From a virus (taxonomy: Duplodnaviria; Caudoviricetes), in the IMG/VR virus record IMGVR_UViG_3300031802_000010, positions 1 to 28,719 of that record: 28,719 nucleotides of DNA. One strand, given 5' to 3'. The first letter of the stretch is position 1; every line of letters starts with the position of its first letter. The notes beneath the pieces are model-generated. The model ran no database searches, was not told the DNA's origin, and saw only the letters and a program-made list of their open reading frames with translations. A program made the position numbers and the translations under genes. This document shows, piece after piece, positions 16,686 through 25,838 of the stretch.

Positions 16686-18830
16686 TTACGGTCCTACTAC
16701 AGCTGCTTTCGGATTATCTCTGATTTGTTTTGCAACTCTCAATGCTTTTTCTTCTATATCTCTAATTTTCTCTAGTTTATCAAGCTGTTTATCCATTTTA
16801 TTTTCTTGGCTACGTTTTTGTAGTTCATCAGTTAAACCCTGTCCTGAAAAAGAGCCACCTAATCGACCTGAGCTACGTTTAAAATCACTAAACTGTTTAT
16901 TAAGTGCTTCTCTTTTACCCCTAAATTCTTCACTAATTTCAAACCTTCTATTGGATTCTTTTCTAGAAGCTTCTTTTCTTTCAGCTTTCTTTGCTGCTGC
17001 TTCCTTAATTTTTGCAATCTCATCTGCGTTTTTCCGTGCCTCTGCTAGTGCCTCTATCTTTAGCTCTCCTATCCATGTATGTTCAGCCTGTAATCGATCT
17101 TTTTCCTTTTGCTTTATCTCCTTTTTATCTCCATCTGGAAGTTGCCAATTCTTGTCGTAATCAACTCTAAGGCCTTCAGCTTCCATTCCTTTAAGAACAG
17201 TTTCTTGTCGCCCAATATCGTAACTCTTAAATTCCCTTAAAGATATACCAAAAGCTTCAAACTTTTCTGATGCTTCCTTAATTTTTACCGCCTCATCCGC
17301 CCAAATTGCTACCTCTTTTTGAGCCATTTCATTGTAACCACGATGTGCACTACTCCTACTGTATTGTTTGCTTGGTAGTGGACCTTCATATGTACCAAAC
17401 ATTGATGTGGCGGTATACGCAACATCTCTGCCAAATACGTCTGCTTGACTCTTAAAGTTGATTTTTCCAGTATCCACTCCACCTCTTCCTATATCGGTCT
17501 GATATCCCCCCATTTTGTATTCTCTATAGGCTTTAAGAGCTTTATGTAATGCTTCAATAGCCCCTGTAATTGCCTCAATGGCATTAATGATAAAAGCATT
17601 TTTACCAACAGCAGCTGTAAATAGAGACCACTGCTCCTTCATATCCTCTATTTTTCCGACAATTCCGCCAGCAACACCTCCATATTGATCGAGTAGTTCG
17701 GTACCCTCATCAATAGCTTTATTAGCTACGTCCATAGCTTCAAAAGCAACTTGCCAATTATCTGCCATAACTCTAATAACTGGACCAACTCTAAATCCTG
17801 TAGCTTCCATTGCTTTAAGAACAGCTTCTTGCCGCCCAAAATCGTAACTCTTAAATTCCTTTAAAAACATTATAAAAGCTTCAAATGGATTTTCATCAAA
17901 TGCTCTAGCAAATAGGAGTCCTTCCTTATGAGTTTTGCCTAAAGCTTTTGCTACGTCATTAAGATTACTAAAAATACCTTGAAATGCTCTTGTAAATGCT
18001 GAAGCAGTAACTTCAGTTCTTTGACCTAGGGTTTTTCCAAACGTAGCTAATGCCAATACTTCAACTGCTGCAAAACCAGCATTCTTTGCAAACCCTGCTA
18101 ATCTTTGACTAATATTAGCAATCTCTGGAGCCATAACAACAAAATTACTCTCCAAAGCCAATAGGGCATTCCCAAAATCTTTTGATGATTGAATTACATC
18201 CTCAAAACCAAAAACGTTAATCATCTTCCCAATATCGTTAGCAAGATTCGACGCACTTGATTTAGTGACAAGAGCTAGCTGAGAAATAGTCTTCGAGAAC
18301 TGGAGAATTTGATCAGAACCTCGTAAACCTAATCTAGCACTAATTTCCTCTACTTTCTGAAGTTGAGTAATATCAATTCTTTTAAGACTTTGAGCCATCT
18401 CTAAAGTAGCGTCTCTAAAACCTGATCCTTTTAGACTACTTTGCATTCTTTCTACGAATAAAAATCCATCTTCTAATTTTCCAGCTGATCTAGCAGCTTC
18501 TGCAAGAGGCCCTACTATCGCCCTTATAGCAGCTCTTGCAAGATATATTGCTCCTGCCGCTTTCGCGACTTTACTAAGAGCCGAGTTAAATGCCAAAGCT
18601 TTTTTAGTAGCTGCTTCCTGTTTGCTCATCCATTTTGAAAGTTGTGTCGATAACTGATTTAATGGCTCTAGCGAATTTGAAAAGCCAGTGTTCATAGACT
18701 TACTTAAAAGATTAGCTCTACCCGTAGCACTAATTAAGCTGTCTTGAAGTTTGTTCATCTCCCTCTGAGTACGTGCAAAATTGGTTTGAAAGGTAATCCT
18801 CAACCTTGCTAGTTCAGCTAGTACAGTCAT
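16686..18830 (-). CDS. tail tape measure protein
   Basis: 714-aa helical Ala/Lys-rich protein. N-terminal LAELARLRITF and a PhageMin_Tail-like core (ARLGL...FSKTISQLA...ESNF...EIANISQRLAG); follows the chaperone gene. Confidence 0.9.
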   Translation of the reverse strand: MTVLAELARLRITFQTNFARTQREMNKLQDSLISATGRANLLSKSMNTGFSNSLEPLNQLSTQLSKWMSKQEAATKKALAFNSALSKVAKAAGAIYLARAAIRAIVGPLAEAARSAGKLEDGFLFVERMQSSLKGSGFRDATLEMAQSLKRIDITQLQKVEEISARLGLRGSDQILQFSKTISQLALVTKSSASNLANDIGKMINVFGFEDVIQSSKDFGNALLALESNFVVMAPEIANISQRLAGFAKNAGFAAVEVLALATFGKTLGQRTEVTASAFTRAFQGIFSNLNDVAKALGKTHKEGLLFARAFDENPFEAFIMFLKEFKSYDFGRQEAVLKAMEATGFRVGPVIRVMADNWQVAFEAMDVANKAIDEGTELLDQYGGVAGGIVGKIEDMKEQWSLFTAAVGKNAFIINAIEAITGAIEALHKALKAYREYKMGGYQTDIGRGGVDTGKINFKSQADVFGRDVAYTATSMFGTYEGPLPSKQYSRSSAHRGYNEMAQKEVAIWADEAVKIKEASEKFEAFGISLREFKSYDIGRQETVLKGMEAEGLRVDYDKNWQLPDGDKKEIKQKEKDRLQAEHTWIGELKIEALAEARKNADEIAKIKEAAAKKAERKEASRKESNRRFEISEEFRGKREALNKQFSDFKRSSGRLGGSFSGQGLTDELQKRSQENKMDKQLDKLEKIRDIEEKALRVAKQIRDNPKAAVVGP
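17162..17885 (-). repeat. 100-nt dispersed direct repeat within the TMP gene (17162-17261 and 17786-17885)
   Basis: Ungapped manual alignment 86/100 identical; offset 624 nt, in frame. Confidence 0.9.
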
Positions 18831-19018
18831 AATTTTTTAGCAATTTTATCCATTGCTTGTTTTAGGGACAAACGTTCTTTAGGCTCGTTTACTCCAAATA
18901 AACAAAGAAATTGTGTTAATGTCAATTTTTTGAATTCTGAAGGAGCAATACCAACTTCAATTACAAAATAATTAAATATCTCTCTCCAATCTATTTCTCT
19001 CCATGCTTTCTTTTTTTT
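18827..19018 (-). CDS. -1 frameshift extension of tail assembly chaperone (gpGT-like)
   Basis: CTA AAA AAA AGA slippery run (A8, 19018-19011). The -1 frame reads KKAWREIDWREIFNYFVIEVGIAPSEFKKLTLTQFLCLFGVNEPKERLSLKQAMDKIAKKL*, and its TGA overlaps the TMP ATG. Confidence 0.85.
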   Translation of the reverse strand, partial: KKKKAWREIDWREIFNYFVIEVGIAPSEFKKLTLTQFLCLFGVNEPKERLSLKQAMDKIAKKL

Positions 19019-19560
19019 AGTTCACTAGAGTCTTTCTCTGAAATAGTAGTAAGATTATTCAGCTCATAAAGTTTAACCATGATCTCTTTTCTTTCTTCAG
19101 TAGAAAGATTCCGAATATCCCTAATTTCAATCTCAGGATGTTCATGTTTTGCTGAAAGATAAAGCTGAATAATTTCTCCTTGATGAGTTGCTGTAAATGC
19201 TACTACTTCGGGGCATTCAAAAGAATATTCAATTTCTTGATCTACATAAACTTCAGATTCAATTGCTCCTTTAACAGGAAGACCATCTTTACCTTTTTCA
19301 ATCTCTCCAGGAACCCTAATTTGAACTATAGCTCGTCTTGTTGCACAAGTTTCTAAACAATCAATTAAAAGTTGCTTACGATCTTCTTTAGGAAATTCTT
19401 CAATTATCTCCTTTAGTTCATAGAGTGGATTATACTTAAAATAGCGAGTAAAATCAGCTAAATCTCCAAGCGTTGCTGGAGAAAACTTGATGACAATTTT
19501 TTCACTATTAAGTTCATAAGTATGCTCGTAATGAGAAGAACATAAAGGAATAAAAACCAT
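18991..19560 (-). CDS. tail assembly chaperone (gpG-like)
   Basis: Lies between tail tube and TMP, and ends with a slippery site. Confidence 0.8.
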   Translation of the reverse strand: MVFIPLCSSHYEHTYELNSEKIVIKFSPATLGDLADFTRYFKYNPLYELKEIIEEFPKEDRKQLLIDCLETCATRRAIVQIRVPGEIEKGKDGLPVKGAIESEVYVDQEIEYSFECPEVVAFTATHQGEIIQLYLSAKHEHPEIEIRDIRNLSTEERKEIMVKLYELNNLTTISEKDSSELKKRKHGEK

Positions 19561-19571
19561 GCAGAAAAACC

Positions 19572-20042
19572 TTAAGCAGGGGTTGGCGTAGTAAAAGTGT
19601 AACTACCAGAAGACTTCCAATCAAATTTATATTCAACTACTCCATCTGCTGGAACAGAAACTTCCAGATTATTAAGATTAATATGCCCAGTTGTTCCATC
19701 AACATTAATTGCATCGCCATCCTCTAGGTCAGTTCCAGCCGCTGAATGCAGATACGCCTTAATAGCATAATTTGACTTTCCAGACCTAAGAAAAGGAGCT
19801 TCGTCGAGTGGATTTAGAGTACTAATCCATTGAGCTGTAATAGAACCTTCTAAATGAGAATTACCGTACCCAAACTCATCGTATCCAGCGGACTTTGAAC
19901 CAGTGGTTTCAAATTCTTTAGCTAGTTCTCTAGTTGTATGGCTTGTAATACAAAGTTCTGTATATTCTGTAGCTGAGTCCGTTATATTCTTAATAAATAG
20001 TCGTCCAGATTTTCCATCTTTTCCGTTAATAACAACAGGCAT
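19572..20042 (-). CDS. major tail tube protein
   Basis: 156-aa beta-rich protein with GKDG...ETT...GYDEF..G...EGS...DGVVEY.F...SSG; GGAG SD; synteny. Confidence 0.8.
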   Translation of the reverse strand: MPVVINGKDGKSGRLFIKNITDSATEYTELCITSHTTRELAKEFETTGSKSAGYDEFGYGNSHLEGSITAQWISTLNPLDEAPFLRSGKSNYAIKAYLHSAAGTDLEDGDAINVDGTTGHINLNNLEVSVPADGVVEYKFDWKSSGSYTFTTPTPA

Positions 20043-20055
20043 TTTATTCTCCTAA

Positions 20056-20559
20056 TTAGGTTGAAGCCACATCATCATTGCCGATCATAATAACAACGAT
20101 ATCCGTTGCTTCAGAACCAGCAGTTAAAGTAATATCATTAAGTACCGAACCAATCCCACTTGCAGATGTTTGAGTTAAAACTCTATGCCCACCACCTGCA
20201 ATAATTGCAGATTCTCCTCCCCAAGTAAACGTAATAATTCTACCTGTCAGACTTACTAATTCTATATTGTGAAGAATTAGTGACTTAACAGTAGCAAAAT
20301 TTAATGTCTCTCCCCAAATATCAACTAGAGTATTTCCATTTAAATCAAGTGTTTCAGTTGCCCCAATACCAATTGAGTATTTCTTATGGAATAATAAATT
20401 TGCTTTATTATCTGCTCCTATTCCATTTGTATAGGCTCCAGTAATAAGATAATCAATTCCACCTTTAATTGTCTCATTACTAATTACATTATCTTCCCGA
20501 TTATAATTATAATTAGAAGAATAACTAAATGAACCATTTAAACTTTTACTAGCTGACAT
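20056..20559 (-). CDS. putative virion structural protein
   Basis: Gly/Thr-rich beta protein (TLDLNG..L.D.WGE...FATVK...HN) between the tail terminator and tube genes. Confidence 0.6.
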   Translation of the reverse strand: MSASKSLNGSFSYSSNYNYNREDNVISNETIKGGIDYLITGAYTNGIGADNKANLLFHKKYSIGIGATETLDLNGNTLVDIWGETLNFATVKSLILHNIELVSLTGRIITFTWGGESAIIAGGGHRVLTQTSASGIGSVLNDITLTAGSEATDIVVIMIGNDDVAST

Positions 20560-21361
20560 AATCCACTCTTGTCGTATTAGATGTTACACTAAAAGAAACT
20601 TGAATTTTCCAAAGACTTGGATAAACTTCTTCAAAAATAGTTTGAATAAAATTCATACCTAAATTAGTTGAATTAGTTAAAATAAATTGGCTATGATTAA
20701 AAACATTTAGAAGTAAATTAGTCATTGTTTCAGCACCACTTAAACTTTGAATAAACAAATCGAAACCAAGAATTTGTTTTTCTACTCGATTAGTCGTGGC
20801 ATAGCCTTCTATAAATTGTCTATCTTCTACAATAGACAAATAAGGTATTTCACTCTGTCCTGGAACAAAACCACCTAAATAAATGGTAGGATCAGTTGAA
20901 AGTTTATAGCCTTCCCACCTAGCTTTAATAGCTTCAAATACTCCTGGGAAAGGCGTTAAATCCTTATCAGCTATTTTTACTAAATCAGGTTCTCTATTAA
21001 TCCACAAACTAATTAAAAGAGTTCCACCGAATACCTGTTCATCAATCTCTTTTATACTTATTGAAGTCCATTCTAAATCTACTACTGTTACTTTTGGATC
21101 AACTGGAACAAAAGAAGTAGCTGTATAGTCTTGCTTTACTGTTAATAAAAGGTTAGAGACTTCTTTGTAAGTTCTTCCATAACATACAAATGAATAAGTT
21201 AAAATCTCTTCTTGAAGTAATGTGCTAAATGCCTGAGCTCTACTATGACCTAAGTTCTGAAGAGAAATATAAGGTAGTGACTCCGCTTCTGGAGCAAACC
21301 CACTAAAGCCTTTAGCGGAATCACTACCAGTATATAAACCCCACAATTTTTTGTAAAACAT
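20549..21361 (-). CDS. tail terminator/completion protein, apparently two tandem domains
   Basis: Each half carries the G-F-x-P...PY-hydrophobic pattern of gpU/gp17/DUF3168-like proteins; synteny. Confidence 0.65.
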   Translation of the reverse strand: MFYKKLWGLYTGSDSAKGFSGFAPEAESLPYISLQNLGHSRAQAFSTLLQEEILTYSFVCYGRTYKEVSNLLLTVKQDYTATSFVPVDPKVTVVDLEWTSISIKEIDEQVFGGTLLISLWINREPDLVKIADKDLTPFPGVFEAIKARWEGYKLSTDPTIYLGGFVPGQSEIPYLSIVEDRQFIEGYATTNRVEKQILGFDLFIQSLSGAETMTNLLLNVFNHSQFILTNSTNLGMNFIQTIFEEVYPSLWKIQVSFSVTSNTTRVDYVS

Positions 21362-21367
21362 AGTACA

Positions 21368-21793
21368 TCAGTTATTCCCAGCAAACCATTGAAGTTCCCG
21401 TAGTACAACTGCTTTGTAATCAATCTTAGGATGGTCTACTTGATCCGCGTAACCAACAAATTCCATAATTGATATTTTAGGACACTCCTTAGTATGCCCT
21501 AAAATCATTGGATTATTTAATTTCTTTTTTGGGTTTAAGTTCATCAAGATTCTGTGCCATGATTGAATAATGACACCACTTTTAAAATAAAGTATATAAG
21601 TAGAAGATGAATCCCTAACATCGTAATCAAAAAATACCCTATCGGGACTGGGTCTCTGTCTATGCCCATTTAAATTCCAACAGATAATATCAGAATTAGT
21701 CCATCTATCAATCGATCCATCTGCATTTACTGGAGAATGAAGCGATGACTGAATAGAAAAATAATGCCAACGCAATAGTCTTACTAAACTCAT
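21368..21793 (-). CDS. putative head-closure (stopper) protein
   Basis: 141 aa, ATGA-coupled after the adaptor gene; role from synteny. Confidence 0.55.
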   Translation of the reverse strand: MSLVRLLRWHYFSIQSSLHSPVNADGSIDRWTNSDIICWNLNGHRQRPSPDRVFFDYDVRDSSSTYILYFKSGVIIQSWHRILMNLNPKKKLNNPMILGHTKECPKISIMEFVGYADQVDHPKIDYKAVVLRELQWFAGNN

Positions 21794-22410
21794 GCTTTGC
21801 GTACCCTATAAACCATAATATGTCTAAAGATATTAGTAAACAATTCATCAGATTTAGGGTGCTGCCTTCCTCCAGAACCATCACCTTCTTTTTTATAAGC
21901 GTAATTTCCTAACTTTTCAAAAACTTGGGCACCATTCAAATCATTTTCAAACATAGATTTTATCATTTCAGCAGCAGCCACCTTAATGCTGTAATGATCT
22001 AAACCGCCATCGTAGGTAACTAAAACATTCTTATGTCTTCTCGGAAAGATATATAATGGCGACTCTGTATCAGCTACTGTAATATTGTATTCAGACCATT
22101 CAATTTCTCCGGTTTCTGGAGTAAACTCAAAGTAATTTGGTCCAAATGTAGTAGTCGTATCTCTATCAAATCTTACCTTTATCGAAGTAAGCGATCTAAT
22201 AGGTGGATTTTTTACTAGTACCGAACTGTCTGCTTTTCCATCGTGTTTTTCGTCTGTAAAAGTAAGTAACTCTAATTTTCTGTTTAAATAATCTTCTAGA
22301 AAGATTTGTGTAGAAGTGATTAATCCATCGACACGAGCTTTGTCGTTTGTTGACAAATCGTTGTACTCTAGATCTTCTAATAATGGACCCGTTGCTGTGA
22401 GTAAAGCCAT
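21790..22410 (-). CDS. head-tail adaptor (gp6/gp15-like)
   Basis: LI....FLEDYLNR, HDG, PPIRSLTSI, NVLVTYDGG, IKVA, EKLGNYAY. Confidence 0.85.
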   Translation of the reverse strand: MALLTATGPLLEDLEYNDLSTNDKARVDGLITSTQIFLEDYLNRKLELLTFTDEKHDGKADSSVLVKNPPIRSLTSIKVRFDRDTTTTFGPNYFEFTPETGEIEWSEYNITVADTESPLYIFPRRHKNVLVTYDGGLDHYSIKVAAAEMIKSMFENDLNGAQVFEKLGNYAYKKEGDGSGGRQHPKSDELFTNIFRHIMVYRVRKA

Positions 22411-22423
22411 CAGAATACTTCAT

Positions 22424-22479
22424 AAAAAGGAGGTGAGCTATAAGAAATGTACAAGGTCATCTCAAATAGCCCACCGTCC
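22424..22479 (-). terminator. intrinsic terminator after the capsid/decoration genes
   Basis: On the minus strand: GGA-c-GGTGGGCTAT...ATAGCTCACC-TCC then TTTTT, with an inner GAGATG/CATTTC stem. Confidence 0.75.
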
Positions 22480-22494
22480 GGGGGAAAATACTAA

Positions 22495-23001
22495 TTAACC
22501 TAATGCAGAAGGCATTAGATCATTGTCACCAACTTTGCCTGCTGGACCCATCTTGCACTCACCAACAGCTGCAACAAAACTTTCAGCTCCTGGATCAGCA
22601 AGAGCTAATGATACATGAGTAAAATCATTAGCTCTATCCAATGATGCAGAATCAATCTCAATTATTAGCTGAAACTCATCATCTGTAGAAGCTACTACAA
22701 GATGAGAATCATTCGCAACAGCAACTGCTGCAAATTTATCCCTATTTGTTAATGTAGCATCACTATTATCAGCTTGGTAAATAGTAGTAAAACCAAGAGT
22801 TTTAGTGCTGCCTGCTGCATTATCTTTAGCTTGATCTAAAGTGATAGCAAAATCTCCACCAATAACTCCACAAAGAATATGGATAGTTAAATGTTGGTAC
22901 TGAGACATATCTACCCAACCACTTGTAACTGCACCAGCATTACTATCATGGGGTTTAACAAGCATTACTCGTTTTTCTCTTTGGACAGTCTTCATCTTCA
23001 T
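22495..23001 (-). CDS. putative capsid decoration/accessory head protein
   Basis: Directly after the major capsid gene and before a terminator; beta-rich (VDMSQY...G...TLDQAKD..G..KTL); GAGG SD. Confidence 0.6.
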   Translation of the reverse strand: MKMKTVQREKRVMLVKPHDSNAGAVTSGWVDMSQYQHLTIHILCGVIGGDFAITLDQAKDNAAGSTKTLGFTTIYQADNSDATLTNRDKFAAVAVANDSHLVVASTDDEFQLIIEIDSASLDRANDFTHVSLALADPGAESFVAAVGECKMGPAGKVGDNDLMPSALG

Positions 23002-23046
23002 ATCCTCATTTCAAATTAGTTTCAGAAAAACCTCAAAAACAGGAGT

Positions 23047-24432
23047 CTACGATACCCTTTCTTCTAGCATGACGAAAGGACTCCGTTTAGTTGTTCCATT
23101 CAAATCTTCAATTGGACCCTTCCACAATGGCCGAGCATCACAACGATAATGAAACCTAAAAGCAGTTTCACCAAAAAGAAAACGAACATGAATACTACTA
23201 GCACGCGAAACACCAGCTCCTCTACCCTGTTTTACCAAAGTAGAATAAGCAGCGAAATTAACAAAATTAATATCACCACTTGAACCTAAATCTGGGCAAA
23301 ACTCAGTAGGAACAACTGGACGACCCATAAGACTACCATAAGGAGAATTACTAATTCCTCCTGGCGGAAGATAGACTGGATGAATAGCATTAGAAGTTGC
23401 TTCATCATTAAAATTGACATACTGCAACAACTTAATAACATTATCATGAGCGTACCAAACGGCAGATCCGCGCATTTCAGGCAACATTGCATGATACATA
23501 TTAACAATATTCTCATGCAATATTGTGCCGTTTGCTTGGCCACTCTTTTCTAAAACTAAAATAGTAGCTGGAGCATTATGAAAACCCAAAGGCATCCCAG
23601 CACCAGTTCCAGTAAACATAGCCTGATTTCGCTTCCAGAAAATCGCTTGCCTAGCTAGAGTAGTAAACTGACTACCCATATTGACAAATGAATCTTCCAT
23701 TTGCTCATCAGTAACATATGCAAGAGCTGTCAATTTATGGAGCTCCAGCGTATGTTCATCCCAAGTAATTACACTCTTCTCAAATTGGTCAGCTTCACCC
23801 TTCCAATAAGAAACCATATCACCATGCCGCCCAAAACCATCCTTCCTAGATGTTTCAGTTCGACGTTTAACCCGCATATTATTGCCAGATGTGGTCTGCT
23901 TATCTCCAGCCATACCAAAGAAATCAATTTCTTCAGCATCACGATTCTGGATCAAAATCCGGTTACTAATCGTTTCTGGAATAAGAAAACCGCCCTCAGC
24001 ATCATCTAGAGTATTCTGACCAGATGGGGCTTTTTGAAGTAATCTTTCATCAACTACAGGATTAGTTTCTCGTCCAGCTTTAACAACTGCTTCAGAAAAG
24101 TGCGCTTCACTTTCAAAACCATGCATCTTTTCAAGTTCATGATCAACAGCAACAGCAGGGATTGTCATGGTCCCTTCGCCAATGCCTTTAAAAGCCTTAA
24201 TTACACTCTCTTCAACCGTATCCTGCATTCCTTGAAAATACTCATTTCGAGTTTTCTCAATTATATTATCAATTTTCGGCTCATCAGTCCTTTCAGAAAG
24301 CCCAAGATCAATAAGAGATTTTGCAATTATCTCGTCTATCTCGTAAACGTTACCTTTCTTAAAAGAAGTTTCCTCTCCTTCAATTTTGCCTTTGGAAACA
24401 TAATCTTGACTAAACTTTACCCACATCTTCAT
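23047..24432 (-). CDS. HK97-fold major capsid protein
   Basis: EGGFLIPE, WKGEA, LELHKL, TGTGAGMPLG, LMGRPV, SIHVRF..ETAFR..R.DARP; GGAG SD. Confidence 0.95.
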   Translation of the reverse strand: MKMWVKFSQDYVSKGKIEGEETSFKKGNVYEIDEIIAKSLIDLGLSERTDEPKIDNIIEKTRNEYFQGMQDTVEESVIKAFKGIGEGTMTIPAVAVDHELEKMHGFESEAHFSEAVVKAGRETNPVVDERLLQKAPSGQNTLDDAEGGFLIPETISNRILIQNRDAEEIDFFGMAGDKQTTSGNNMRVKRRTETSRKDGFGRHGDMVSYWKGEADQFEKSVITWDEHTLELHKLTALAYVTDEQMEDSFVNMGSQFTTLARQAIFWKRNQAMFTGTGAGMPLGFHNAPATILVLEKSGQANGTILHENIVNMYHAMLPEMRGSAVWYAHDNVIKLLQYVNFNDEATSNAIHPVYLPPGGISNSPYGSLMGRPVVPTEFCPDLGSSGDINFVNFAAYSTLVKQGRGAGVSRASSIHVRFLFGETAFRFHYRCDARPLWKGPIEDLNGTTKRSPFVMLEERVS

Positions 24433-24485
24433 AATAAAACTCCAAATTAATTGGTAATTAGTTATTGGTATTGGCTAGTTTAAAA

Positions 24486-25352
24486 CTATGCTACTTTACC
24501 TAGTAAACGCTTTAATGCCTTGTCTATTAGCTCGGGTACACTCTTATGGAGACCTTCAAGCTCTCTTTGTAAACTAACAGAAAATTCCTCTTCATATTCA
24601 GCAGATGTAACTACGTCTTTAATAAATGGAATTTCTACCGGTTCAGTGCTCTTACGCAAATCAAAAACTACTTCGGCTAATGTTGGAAAAGCATTTTCAA
24701 GAATACTGTCTTCCATATTAACTAGCCCTTTTGCAACAAGTTCAACTTCTGCATTATTATTTGTTGGAATACCTACAACACTGTATTCATAAACTTTTGA
24801 ATCATACCGAACTACTCTTGCTTCTTTCCAATGGGGATTCTTTTTAAGGTCTTCTTCAGTAACCTCTCTTTTTTTAGCTACTCCCCCAATACTCTTTCCA
24901 GGAAGATTTCCACTTTTAACTAGCTCATAGATATAATCTGGAAACCACTCCACCTCTTTTCGATGGTTTTCTGGGCGATCGTAATATTTTGTTTTTGCCT
25001 TAAATCCATCGAAAGTCTTAAAATACTTTTGCCACAAAGAACGACCAATTGGAGGAATTTTATAATTATGAGCATAAGCAACTTGAGGATTCCCTTTAAA
25101 TACCTCAAAACTAATTGACTCGATATCCATAACTTCCCTGGTTTTATCCACAGAAGAATCAGTAATAATAGAAACGTCAGCGTGTTCTTTCTCAATAAAA
25201 CATTCAAACTGTCTACACTCTTTCCTAAAATGAACTAATTCTACATCACTTTCCTTTGAAATTTGTTCATCTAATTTCCTAGCTTCAATTTCTCTCATAG
25301 GAAAACCAAATGCGCCAGTACATTCACCAAACATTTTATTAAAAGTAGCCAT
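24486..25352 (-). CDS. HK97-type prohead maturation protease
   Basis: TDSSVD...EV, catalytic His (YAHNY..PPIG), Ser (GKSIG), EYSVVGIPTNNNA. Confidence 0.9.
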   Translation of the reverse strand: MATFNKMFGECTGAFGFPMREIEARKLDEQISKESDVELVHFRKECRQFECFIEKEHADVSIITDSSVDKTREVMDIESISFEVFKGNPQVAYAHNYKIPPIGRSLWQKYFKTFDGFKAKTKYYDRPENHRKEVEWFPDYIYELVKSGNLPGKSIGGVAKKREVTEEDLKKNPHWKEARVVRYDSKVYEYSVVGIPTNNNAEVELVAKGLVNMEDSILENAFPTLAEVVFDLRKSTEPVEIPFIKDVVTSAEYEEEFSVSLQRELEGLHKSVPELIDKALKRLLGKVA

Positions 25353-25361
25353 ACTTATTCC

Positions 25362-25838
25362 TTACTTATCGAATATTTCCTGGTATTTGTAACTGAATAT
25401 ATTAGCTCTAAGAACTGGCATCCAAACTGGTCTAGGAGTAATAATGATTGGGCTTCTAAATGGATTAACAAGCCGGATTTTACTATACTTTTTATTATTT
25501 TGGTCCATCTGAAAAGAACCACCAAATTCTAATGTTTGTGAATATGGAACATCTGTAAAAACCGACGCTATAATTTGGTCGCCACGAGTATCCACTTCAG
25601 TCCGTATACTCTTAGCATAATTTCCTGTTTGTTTGTAGGGAACCTCCCCGCTATCTGAATGTCGGCGCCTTATTCTCTTGCCCCTTTTTCCTGCTGGATC
25701 AGAACCCCAACCTTTCCGCTCTAATGCCTCTTCAATCTGTTTCCTTAGGAGTTTAGTTACTTGTCTATTTTTGCGCTCCAAGACTTTAAAAATCCGGTCT
25801 CTAACCCTCTCTCCCCGCCATGTTAAAAATGCTGCCAT
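25362..25838 (-). CDS. HK97 gp10-like neck/morphogenesis protein
   Basis: S..GEVPYKQTGNY..SI, YSQTLEFG, PRPV motifs; basic protein. Confidence 0.8.
   Translation of the reverse strand: MAAFLTWRGERVRDRIFKVLERKNRQVTKLLRKQIEEALERKGWGSDPAGKRGKRIRRRHSDSGEVPYKQTGNYAKSIRTEVDTRGDQIIASVFTDVPYSQTLEFGGSFQMDQNNKKYSKIRLVNPFRSPIIITPRPVWMPVLRANIFSYKYQEIFDK

Noticed and set aside
17162-17885. TMP repeat pair as a DGR template/variable repeat
   Set aside because: The 14 mismatches are not adenine-specific in either copy, and there is no reverse transcriptase in the window.
24433-24485. Three CCAAT repeats (minus strand) upstream of the capsid gene
   Set aside because: Too short and low-complexity to support a function.
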